A DNA stretch of 24,000 bases from Frankiaceae bacterium (lineage in GTDB: Bacteria; Actinomycetota; Actinomycetes; BP-191): NCBI GenBank assembly GCA_030840645.1, contig JAVEEC010000050.1:10846-34845 (forward strand), read 5' to 3'. A program made the translations under genes and the position numbers. The notes below the pieces were generated by a model. That model ran no database searches and had not been told where the DNA came from. It saw nothing but the letters and a program-made list of their open reading frames with translations. This document shows positions 1 to 7,365 of this stretch, piece by piece. How positions within the stretch are numbered: the stretch's first letter is position 1; every line of letters begins with the position of its first letter.

Positions 1-470
1 GCGGCCTCGACCCCGTTGCGGCGCAACGGATCGGGCCCGCCAACGTCCGCCGCACCGTTCGCGCGCTGGAGGTCATCGAGCTGACCGGCCGGCCGTTCTC
101 GGAGGGGCCGGGGATGGAGACGTACGCCGCCTCCGTCTACGACACGTCGTACGTCGGGATCGCCCCGGAGATGGCGACCCTCGACGAACGCATCGAGGCC
201 CGCGTCGACGAGATGTGGGAACGCGGTCTCGTCGCCGAGGTCGCGCACCTCGCCGAGGCCGGCCTGCGCGACGGCGTCACCGCGCGCCGCGCGCTCGGCT
301 ACCAGCAAGTCCTCGCGTTCCTCGACGGCGCCACCACCGAGGAGCACGCGCGGGAGCACACCAAGCAGGCGACGCGGCGCTTCGCGCGACGGCAGCTCTC
401 GTGGTTCCGGCGGGACCCGCGGATCGCGTGGTTCGACCAGGCGGCGGGAGCGGTCGCGGCCGCGACGTAG
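1..470 (+). CDS. miaA: tRNA dimethylallyltransferase, C-terminal part (5' end lies outside the window)
   Basis: The frame is open from base 3. It reads ...RTVRALEVIELTGRPFS...RALGYQQVLAFLDG...ATRRFARRQLSWFRRDPRIAWFD, a typical MiaA C-terminus, with a stop at 468-470. It sits in the expected miaA-dapF-hflX neighbourhood. Confidence 0.85.
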   Translation, partial: GLDPVAAQRIGPANVRRTVRALEVIELTGRPFSEGPGMETYAASVYDTSYVGIAPEMATLDERIEARVDEMWERGLVAEVAHLAEAGLRDGVTARRALGYQQVLAFLDGATTEEHAREHTKQATRRFARRQLSWFRRDPRIAWFDQAAGAVAAAT

Positions 471-678
471 GCCGTTCGGCCGCGCGAAGTTGCGCTCCGC
501 GGCTCTGTGGAACGGCGTGGGCGCGGGCCGATACGTAATGCGGGTTCAGCAGGTGAGCCCGCAGGGAGACGTCGATCCGCGCCGGGTATGCCGGTCACCT
601 GTCCTTCGGGACGCCGGGTGCGGGGAGTCAGTGGTGAGACCGCCCCTGAACGTGTTCACGACGTTTGGGTGGAGTCGC

Positions 679-2400
679 ATGCTCGCCACGAGACCGCTAC
701 GCATCCGGGTGGCCACCCGGGTCGCGCCCGTCCTCGTCCTCGCCGGGATGGCACTCACCGCCGTGCCCGCGCGCGCCGCCGTGACCAGGCAGGCCGTGAT
801 CGTCTCCGGCACGAGCGACGCCATGACCGTCACCGCGGCCGTCCGCGCCGCCGGCGGCCGGGTCACCAGGACGCTGCCCATCGTCAACGGCGTCGCCGCC
901 GTCGTTCCCGCCTCCGCCGTCCCGGGGCTGCGCCGCGCGAACGGCGTCCGCGCCGTCACCGCCGACGCGACCGGCCGGCTCTTCGCCGTCGACCCGGCGC
1001 TCGGCTACGACGTCGCCGAGGACGACGGCTCGGTCTACAACGTCGCGCAGGTCACCAAGGCGAAAGACGCGTGGGCCAAGACGACCGGCAAGGGCGTCGA
1101 CGTCGCGCTGATCGACAGCGGCGTCTCGCCGGTGCCCGGCCTGGCCAGCGGCAACGTCGTGCACGGCCCGGACCTGTCGTTCGAGTCGCAGAGCCCGCAG
1201 CAGATCCACCTCGACACCAACGGCCACGGCACGCACATGGCCTCGATCATCGCGGGCCGCGACGCGGTCGGGACCGGCGCCGACTACGCGAACGCCCCGA
1301 GCACCCACCGCTTCACGGGCATCGCGCCCGACGCGCGGATCGTCAGCGTCAAGGTCGCGTCGAACGACGGCGCGACCGACGTCTCGCAGGTCATCGCCGC
1401 GATCGACTGGGTGGTCGCGCACCGCGCTGACCCCGGCTTCAACATCCGCGTCCTGAACCTCTCCTATGGCACCGACTCGCGGCAGGACCCGAGCATCGAC
1501 CCGCTCTGCTTCGCGGTCGAGAACGCCTGGCGCGCAGGCATTGTGGTCGTCGTCGCGAGCGGCAACGACGGCGCCAACCGGCAGCGGCTGTCCAACCCGG
1601 CGCAGGACCCGCTCGTCATCGCGGTCGGCGCCGAGGACCCGATGGACACCGACAACGTCGACAACGACACCGTCCCGGCCTGGGTCCAGACCGGCACGAC
1701 CCGCAAGGTCGACCTGATCGCGCCCGGCATGCACGTCCTCGGGCTGCGCGTCCCCGGCTCGCGGATCGACCAGACGCACCCGAGCGCGGTCGTCGGCAGC
1801 CGGTTCTTCCGCGGGTCGGGCACCTCGCAGTCGGCGGCCGTCGTCTCCGGCCTCGCGGCGCTGTACCTCGGCAAGAACGCGGGCGCCACACCCGACCAGG
1901 TCAAGCGCGCGCTGATGTCGACGTCGGTGGTGCCGGTGGCCGCCAAGGCGCTCGGTGCCGGCGTTCCCGACATGGTCAAGGCGGTCGGCACCAGGCCGCT
2001 GCTGGCCCTGCAGCTCGGGTTCGCCACCGGCCTCGGCTCCCTCGAAGCGTCGCGCGGCAGCGTCCACGTCACCGACGGCACGTCCACGCTGACCGGCGAG
2101 CGCGACATCTTCGGCAACGCGTGGAACGCCGCGACGTGGGCCGTCGGCTCGGCCACCGGCACCTCGTGGAACGGCGGCGACTTCAACGGTGCCGCCTGGT
2201 CCGGCGCGGCCTGGTCGGGCAACGCCTGGAGCGGCGCCGCCTGGTCGGGCAACGCGTGGTCGGGCAACGCCTGGTCCGCGACCGCCTGGAGCGGCAACGC
2301 CTGGTCGGGCAACGCCTGGAGCGGGAACGCGTGGTCGGGCAACGCCTGGTCCGGCAATGCGTGGTCGGGCAACGCCTGGTCCGCGACGGACTGGGGCTGA
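679..2400 (+). CDS. Secreted subtilisin-like serine peptidase (S8 family) with C-terminal Trp pentapeptide repeats
   Basis: Lies in ORF 490..2400. The ATG at 679 gives a signal peptide MLATRPLRIRVATRVAPVLVLAGMALTAVPARA/A, followed by an I9-like propeptide. Triad motifs are VALIDSGV (Asp), NGHGTHMASIIAG (His) and GTSQSAAVVSG (Ser). The start could be an upstream GTG/TTG. Confidence 0.85.
   Translation: MLATRPLRIRVATRVAPVLVLAGMALTAVPARAAVTRQAVIVSGTSDAMTVTAAVRAAGGRVTRTLPIVNGVAAVVPASAVPGLRRANGVRAVTADATGRLFAVDPALGYDVAEDDGSVYNVAQVTKAKDAWAKTTGKGVDVALIDSGVSPVPGLASGNVVHGPDLSFESQSPQQIHLDTNGHGTHMASIIAGRDAVGTGADYANAPSTHRFTGIAPDARIVSVKVASNDGATDVSQVIAAIDWVVAHRADPGFNIRVLNLSYGTDSRQDPSIDPLCFAVENAWRAGIVVVVASGNDGANRQRLSNPAQDPLVIAVGAEDPMDTDNVDNDTVPAWVQTGTTRKVDLIAPGMHVLGLRVPGSRIDQTHPSAVVGSRFFRGSGTSQSAAVVSGLAALYLGKNAGATPDQVKRALMSTSVVPVAAKALGAGVPDMVKAVGTRPLLALQLGFATGLGSLEASRGSVHVTDGTSTLTGERDIFGNAWNAATWAVGSATGTSWNGGDFNGAAWSGAAWSGNAWSGAAWSGNAWSGNAWSATAWSGNAWSGNAWSGNAWSGNAWSGNAWSGNAWSATDWG
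2191..2397 (+). repeat. In-frame 15-bp tandem repeat (about 13.8 copies) encoding (N/A)AWSG pentapeptides at the protease C-terminus
   Basis: Unit is gcc/aac-gcc-tgg-tcS-ggc. Translation is AAWSG AAWSG NAWSG AAWSG NAWSG NAWSA TAWSG (NAWSG)x5 NAWSA TDWG. Degenerate copies (NAWN, TSWNG) start near 2118. Confidence 0.95.
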
Positions 2401-2404
2401 GCAC

Positions 2405-3169
2405 ATGACCTCGCTCCTCGAGCTCCCCGTTCCCACCCGCTCCGCGCCCGCCGGCTGGGCGGACGTCGCCGACGAGCTGACCCGCTCCTGCGCGGCCCGC
2501 GCCGACGCCGCGACGCTGCTGCTCCGCCCGGGCGTCGTCGGCGTCCTCGCCGGCGCGGCGCCGATCGTCTGGGTCCACGGCCCGGTCGACACCGATGCCC
2601 TGGTCCGTACGCTCGCCGCCTCGCCCGAGGTGGTCGAGGTGAGCGTCCGCGCCGACGACCTCGTCACGACCCGCGCGCTGGAGGCCGCGGGCTGGTGGAC
2701 CGAGTCGGTCATGGCGCAGCTCGTCCACCCCGGCCGCGACACCGAGCCGCACCGGGCACCCGAGGGGTACGCGGTCGAGGCGCTCACCGTCGCCGACCTG
2801 CCCGAGCTGCGTGCCGTGCTGCTGGCGTCCGGCAACGCCTCGGCCGCGCTGGTCGAGTCGTGCTACGGCGACGACTTCTTCGTCCGGGCCGCGCCCGCGT
2901 GGCTGTTCGGGGCCCGCGACGCGAACGGCCGGCTGGTCGCGACCGTCGGCGTACGCCGCCAGCAGCGCAGCGCGATGCTCTTCGGGCTCGTGGTCGAGCC
3001 CGCTCACCGGTCGGCCGGGCTCGGGCGCGCGCTGGTCGACGCCGCGATCGGCGCCGGGCGCGCGGCGGGCGCCGAGTTCGCCCACGCCTCCGCCGAGCAG
3101 GACGCGCTGCCGCTCGCGCTGTCCTGCGGCTTCCACCGCGTCGGCGCGTGGCGGAGGCTCTCGCGCTGA
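2405..3169 (+). CDS. GNAT-family N-acetyltransferase (two-lobed)
   Basis: ATG lies 5 nt after the protease stop. The C-terminal half has the acetyl-CoA motif LFGLVVEPAHRSAGLGRALVDAAI (R/QxxGxG/A). Codon bias is as in neighbouring genes. Confidence 0.7.
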   Translation: MTSLLELPVPTRSAPAGWADVADELTRSCAARADAATLLLRPGVVGVLAGAAPIVWVHGPVDTDALVRTLAASPEVVEVSVRADDLVTTRALEAAGWWTESVMAQLVHPGRDTEPHRAPEGYAVEALTVADLPELRAVLLASGNASAALVESCYGDDFFVRAAPAWLFGARDANGRLVATVGVRRQQRSAMLFGLVVEPAHRSAGLGRALVDAAIGAGRAAGAEFAHASAEQDALPLALSCGFHRVGAWRRLSR

Positions 3170-3268
3170 CGCCGTCGGGCACCGCGGCTGCGGACTAGTC
3201 AGTCCGGATGGTGACGCGGGGGCCACAAAGGCGGCACACTCTCGTCACGGTGCCGACGGGAGAACCGA

Positions 3269-4153
3269 ATGACGGCGTACGACGTCGATCTGGTCGCGGC
3301 CATGCGCGCAGCCCTGGACGCGGGCGAGTTCGTCCTCCACTACCAGCCCGAGGTGGACCTCGCCTCCGGCGAGGTCGTGGCCATGGAGGCGTTGATCCGC
3401 TGGCAGCACCCCGACCGCGGCCTGCTCTGGCCGGCCGAGTTCCTGCCGGCCGCCGAGGCGAGCGGCTTCATCGTCGAGCTGGGTCGCTGGGTCGTGCAGG
3501 AGGCGTTGCGCGAGGCGCTGCTCTGGCAGCGGCTGCCCGCCGCGCGCGCCGCGGCCGGCAAGCAGCTCTGGCTGAACATCTCCGCCACCGAGCTCGCCGC
3601 TCCGGGCTTCGCCGACTACGCCGTCGCGCTGGTCCGCGCCTCCGGCCTGCCGGTCGGCCGGCTCGGCTTCGAGGTTCGCGAGACCGCGCTCGGCTCCGAC
3701 CTGGCCGCGATGGGCGGCGTGCTCGCCGCGCTGAAGCAGGCCGGCATCCTGATCGCGCTCGACGACTTCGGCACGTGGTACTCCGCGCTCTCCCACCTCG
3801 ACGAGCTGCCCCTGGACACCGTGAAGCTGGACCAGCGGTTCGTCCGCGGCGTCGGCCTCGACGTCGAGGACGACGCGATCGTCGCCTCGGTCATCCGCCT
3901 CGCCCACGCCCACGGCCTCCAAGTCGTCGCCGAGGGCGTCGAGTCCTGGTCGGAGGGCGCCCGCCTGTGCGAGCTCGAGTGCGACCGCGCGCACGGCTAC
4001 CTGTTCGCCGGGCCGCAGCTGCCCGAACGTGCCCGCGTGCTGCTCGCCCGCGGCGTCGGCTGGATCGCGCCCGGCCACCCCGAACGCCTCGCCGTCCCCG
4101 ACGCGCGGCTGGCCGTGGCCGACGACCTGGAGCCGCCCCACCTCGTTCTGTGA
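3269..4153 (+). CDS. Stand-alone EAL-domain protein (putative c-di-GMP phosphodiesterase)
   Basis: Motifs are YQPEVDL, MEALIRW (EAL), DDFGTWYSALSHL (DDFGTGYS-like), VKLDQRFV, VAEGVES and AHGYLF. GGGAGA lies 8 nt upstream of the ATG. No sensor or GGDEF domain is fused. Confidence 0.85.
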   Translation: MTAYDVDLVAAMRAALDAGEFVLHYQPEVDLASGEVVAMEALIRWQHPDRGLLWPAEFLPAAEASGFIVELGRWVVQEALREALLWQRLPAARAAAGKQLWLNISATELAAPGFADYAVALVRASGLPVGRLGFEVRETALGSDLAAMGGVLAALKQAGILIALDDFGTWYSALSHLDELPLDTVKLDQRFVRGVGLDVEDDAIVASVIRLAHAHGLQVVAEGVESWSEGARLCELECDRAHGYLFAGPQLPERARVLLARGVGWIAPGHPERLAVPDARLAVADDLEPPHLVL

Positions 4154-4289
4154 AGATCACCACGCGTGAGAGGGGCGCCTGGGCTGCACAGAACGCGAGG
4201 AACGGGCGGCGTCGGAAATAGTCCGTTCTCGCCATGTTCGTGCCCGCGGTCGCGGTTGATGCTTCTCGGTAGCCGCTGGGAGGCAATCC

Positions 4290-4751
4290 GTGACCACTAC
4301 CGACCGCCGCACCGTCGTCGAGACCGCCGTGACGGGCGGCGCGGTCGCCGCGACGTTCGTCCTCGGCCTCGAGGCCGTGACCGGCAGCCTCACCATCGGC
4401 GACTACCAGGTCGCGGTGCAGCGTCTCGAACGCGCCATCCGCCCGTGGGACAGCGTCGTCGCCGTCGCGCCGCGCACCGTCGGCGTGCTCTGCTCCGCCC
4501 TCATCAACGAGCGCGAGGTCGAGGCGATCGCCGAACGCCTCGCCGACGTCGTCCGCGCGCCGATGGCCGTCGGCGACGAGGTACGCCAGGTCGGTGTCTG
4601 CGTCGGCGCCGCGATCGTGCACGACGGCGAGACGCGCGACGCGGCGTTCGACCGGGCCCGCGAGGCGATGCGGCACATGCGCCAGGCCCGCGCGCTGCTC
4701 GTCGCGCCGGACGTCCCGAGCCAGCGCGCGTCCGTCGTCCTGCCGGGGTAG
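4290..4751 (+). CDS. Degenerate GGDEF-like domain protein (active-site motif lost, RxxD I-site-like motif retained)
   Basis: GTG start preceded by GGGAGG. Reading by eye against the PleD GGDEF core: TFVLGLEAV (beta1), IGDYQVAVQRLERAI, RPWD (4440-4451) five residues before APRTV where GG(D/E)EF is expected, AIAERLADVV, and VGVCVGAAI. Confidence 0.5.
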   Translation: MTTTDRRTVVETAVTGGAVAATFVLGLEAVTGSLTIGDYQVAVQRLERAIRPWDSVVAVAPRTVGVLCSALINEREVEAIAERLADVVRAPMAVGDEVRQVGVCVGAAIVHDGETRDAAFDRAREAMRHMRQARALLVAPDVPSQRASVVLPG

Positions 4752-4771
4752 CCGCCCCGTACGATCCCCGC

Positions 4772-5572
4772 GTGCGGTTCACCAAGGGGCACGGCACCGC
4801 GAACGACTTCGTGCTGCTGCCCGACCCCGACGCCTCGCTGGCGCTGACGGACGCGCTCGTCGCCGCCGTCTGCGACCGCCGCCGTGGGGTCGGTGGCGAC
4901 GGCGTCCTCCGCGTCGTGCCCACCGCGCTCGTCCCCGAGGTCGCCGCCCAGGCGCGCGAGGCCGAGTGGTTCATGGACTACCGCAACGCCGACGGTGGCG
5001 CCGTGGAGATGTGCGGCAACGGCGTCCGCGTCTTCGCCCGCTACCTCGTCGCCCACGGCCTCGCGTCCGGCGACGCGCTCGCGATCGCGACCCGCGACGG
5101 CGTCAAGCACGTCCGCCTCAACGACGACGGCACCGTCACGGTCGACATGGGTACGCCGGCGTTCGAAGGACCGGCGCCGGAGGGGGCGACGTTCGTCTCG
5201 ATGGGCAACCCGCACGTCGTGTTCTTCGTGCCGTCCGTCGACGCCGCACCCGTCGCGACGCGCGGTCCCGACATCGAGGCGGCGACGCCGGGCGGCACCA
5301 ACGTCGAGTACGCCGCCGTGTCTCCGCGAGGGCTCGCCATGCGCGTCTGGGAGCGGGGCGTCGGCGAGACGATGTCGTGCGGCACGGGCGCCTGCGCGGT
5401 TGCCGTCGCGGCGTCGTTGCGCGGCCTGTCGGGGCGGGCCGTCGACGTGACCGTTCCGGGCGGGCTGCTCGGCGTCGAGTGGCGCGCCGACGACCGGGTG
5501 TACCTCACCGGGCCCGCCGTCCTCGTCGCCGACGGGACGCTGTCCGGCGCCTGGCTGGACGCCAACGCGTGA
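4772..5572 (+). CDS. dapF: Diaminopimelate epimerase
   Basis: GTG at 4772 gives VRFTKGHGTANDFVLLPDPD. Both catalytic Cys contexts are present (EMCGNGVR and TMSCGTGACAVA). Conserved position after miaA. Confidence 0.9.
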   Translation: MRFTKGHGTANDFVLLPDPDASLALTDALVAAVCDRRRGVGGDGVLRVVPTALVPEVAAQAREAEWFMDYRNADGGAVEMCGNGVRVFARYLVAHGLASGDALAIATRDGVKHVRLNDDGTVTVDMGTPAFEGPAPEGATFVSMGNPHVVFFVPSVDAAPVATRGPDIEAATPGGTNVEYAAVSPRGLAMRVWERGVGETMSCGTGACAVAVAASLRGLSGRAVDVTVPGGLLGVEWRADDRVYLTGPAVLVADGTLSGAWLDANA

Positions 5573-6825
5573 CGCGGGTCGTCCTCGCGGCCGTGGCCGC
5601 GCTGATGGTCGCTGGCACCGCGTTCGGTTGGGGGGTCGAGGAGGCGTTCCGGCTGCGGCGGACCGACCGCCGCTGGCTCCGCGCGGGCCCGCCGCGCCGG
5701 GCGTACCGCCGGTGGCGGGCGTTCTGCGGCTCGTACGCCCTGTGGTGGTGGAGCTGGCCGCACCTGTTCGACGTGCTGCTCGGCTCGCGCCGGGTCGCCG
5801 TCGCGACCATCCCGCGCGTGGACCTCTGGTGGCGCGGGACCGCGACGCTGGCGCGGCTCGGCACGTGGCGCGCGGCGGGCGAGCCGGTCGTCCTGGTGCA
5901 CTCCGTCGTCACCCGGCCGTGGATCCTCGACCTGCTGCCAGAACGCAGCCTGGCCGGTGCCCTGATCGGCGCGGGCCACGACGTGTACCTGTTCGACTGG
6001 GGCGACCCCGGCCGGGCGCAGGCCGGGCTCGGCCTCGACGGCCACGTCCGCCTGCTGGCCGAGGCCGTCAACGTCGCCGCCGCGCGTTCGCCGACGGGCC
6101 GCGTCCACCTCGTCGGCTACTGCATGGGCGCCACCGTCGCGTTCGCCTCGGTCGGCGCGTGGGGGCCAGGACCCGTCGCGTCGCTGACGCTGATCGCGCC
6201 GCCGTTCGACGCCGAGGTCCCCGGCGGCATGGCGGCCTTCCTGACCAGGCCGGAGCTGACCCCGGTCCTCGCGCTCGACGGCGACGGCTGCGTGCCGGCG
6301 GCGTTCGTCCGCGAGGGGTTCCACCTGCTGCGCCGCAAGGCCGTTCGCTACGCGTGGGGCCGGCTCCGCCGCCGCCGCGACCGCGACTTCCAGCGCGTCG
6401 CGTCGGCGCTGTCGCGCTGGGCGTGGGAGCAGCGGCGGCTGCCCGGCGCTCTGTGGTTCGACCTGGTCGACCTGTTCCGCGGCAACGCCCTGCTGCGCGG
6501 GACCCTGCGCGTCGAGGGCCACCCGGTCCGCGCGGCGAACGTCACGATCCCGACCCTGGTCCTGGTGACCGACCGCGACCACATCGTGCCCATCGCGTCG
6601 TCGCTGGCGCTGACCCGGCAGGTGCCGCACGCCGAGGTCGTCCGCTGCCCCGCAGGCCACGTGTCGATGCTGATGGGCCACGAGTCGCGAATGGTGCTCG
6701 TCCCCGCTCTCGACGCGTTCCTGCGCCGCGCGTCAGCCGGTGACGACGACCTTGACCCGCCAGGACCGGTCCGGCGCGCCGCACGACGGGCGCACGTCGC
6801 GGCACCGCGGGTGCGCCGCCGCTGA
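5569..6825 (+). CDS. Membrane-anchored alpha/beta-hydrolase resembling class III PHA synthase (PhaC-like, Cys nucleophile)
   Basis: The GTG overlaps the dapF stop (GTGA). N-terminal TM segment is VVLAAVAALMVAGTAF. Motifs are DVYLFDWGDPG, HLVGYCMGATVAF (G-x-C-x-G box), DRDHIVP and CPAGHV. The last ~30 codons overlap the convergent gene, so the real C-terminus is uncertain. Confidence 0.6.
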   Translation: MTRVVLAAVAALMVAGTAFGWGVEEAFRLRRTDRRWLRAGPPRRAYRRWRAFCGSYALWWWSWPHLFDVLLGSRRVAVATIPRVDLWWRGTATLARLGTWRAAGEPVVLVHSVVTRPWILDLLPERSLAGALIGAGHDVYLFDWGDPGRAQAGLGLDGHVRLLAEAVNVAAARSPTGRVHLVGYCMGATVAFASVGAWGPGPVASLTLIAPPFDAEVPGGMAAFLTRPELTPVLALDGDGCVPAAFVREGFHLLRRKAVRYAWGRLRRRRDRDFQRVASALSRWAWEQRRLPGALWFDLVDLFRGNALLRGTLRVEGHPVRAANVTIPTLVLVTDRDHIVPIASSLALTRQVPHAEVVRCPAGHVSMLMGHESRMVLVPALDAFLRRASAGDDDLDPPGPVRRAARRAHVAAPRVRRR

Positions 6826-7290
6826 CAGGTTGGCGGTGCCGTCGCCCACGGCGCGGAACGTCGCCCGCGACGACCCCTCGCCCGTCGTGGCCGAGGTGCG
6901 GCGGACGACGGTGCCGTCGGAGGTGTCCGCGGCGCTCCACGGCGCGACCTGACCGCCGTCGAGCCGGACCACGATCGTCGTGCCGCGGGCGACGCGCACC
7001 GTCCGGCCGCTGTCCTGCTCGGTCAACGTCACCAGCCCCGCGCTCGGCGCGGACGTCGTCGCCCGGGGTGCGCTGGTGGTCGGGGGGTGGGTCGCCGCGC
7101 GGGTGGCGGGGGGCGTCGTACCGGCCGGCGCCGTGGTCGCCGGCGCGGCGGACGGCGTAGGGCTCGGCGTCGCGCTCGCCGGCACCGGCGGCGTGGGCGT
7201 CGGGGACTGCGTCGGCCGGGCCTGGCGCGCGCCGTTGCTGCAGCCGGCGGCGAGGAGGAGCAGCGCGACGGCGTACGTCCTTCGGTTCAC
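6733..7290 (-). CDS. Hypothetical lipoprotein with Pro/Thr/Ala-rich linker and a small beta-rich C-terminal domain
   Basis: GTG start gives VNRRTYAVALLLLAAGCS (lipobox LAAGC), then a PT-rich linker of about 70 aa and a ~95-aa domain (VTLTEQDSGRTVRVARGTTIVVRLDGG...). The rest of ORF 6733..8757 upstream is a shadow of hflX. Confidence 0.6.
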   Translation of the reverse strand: MNRRTYAVALLLLAAGCSNGARQARPTQSPTPTPPVPASATPSPTPSAAPATTAPAGTTPPATRAATHPPTTSAPRATTSAPSAGLVTLTEQDSGRTVRVARGTTIVVRLDGGQVAPWSAADTSDGTVVRRTSATTGEGSSRATFRAVGDGTANLSAAAHPRCRDVRPSCGAPDRSWRVKVVVTG

Positions 7291-7365
7291 GCTGTCGAGC
7301 CTAGCGGCGCGTGCCCGCGCCCCCGCCGGGTAATGGGTGTGTGGCCGCGCGTCGCGGGTGGGACG

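Noticed and set aside
2191-2397. Possible CRISPR array, because of regularly spaced short repeats
   Set aside because: The repeats are contiguous 15-mers with no spacers. They are in frame inside a protease gene and translate to a clean pentapeptide repeat.
697-2835. 712-aa minus-strand ORF, plus several other long ORFs overlapping the S8 protease and GNAT genes
   Set aside because: The composition is Arg/Gly/Pro/Ala-rich low complexity. It runs antisense to a gene with clear catalytic motifs. This is a typical stop-codon-poor shadow frame in ~70% GC DNA, partly propagated by the 15-bp repeat.
6733-7290. Chagasin (I42) type protease inhibitor, suggested by the small beta-rich lipoprotein near two proteases
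   Set aside because: The chagasin signature loops (NPTTG, GxGG, RPW) are not present. The resemblance is only general (size, beta-strand pattern).
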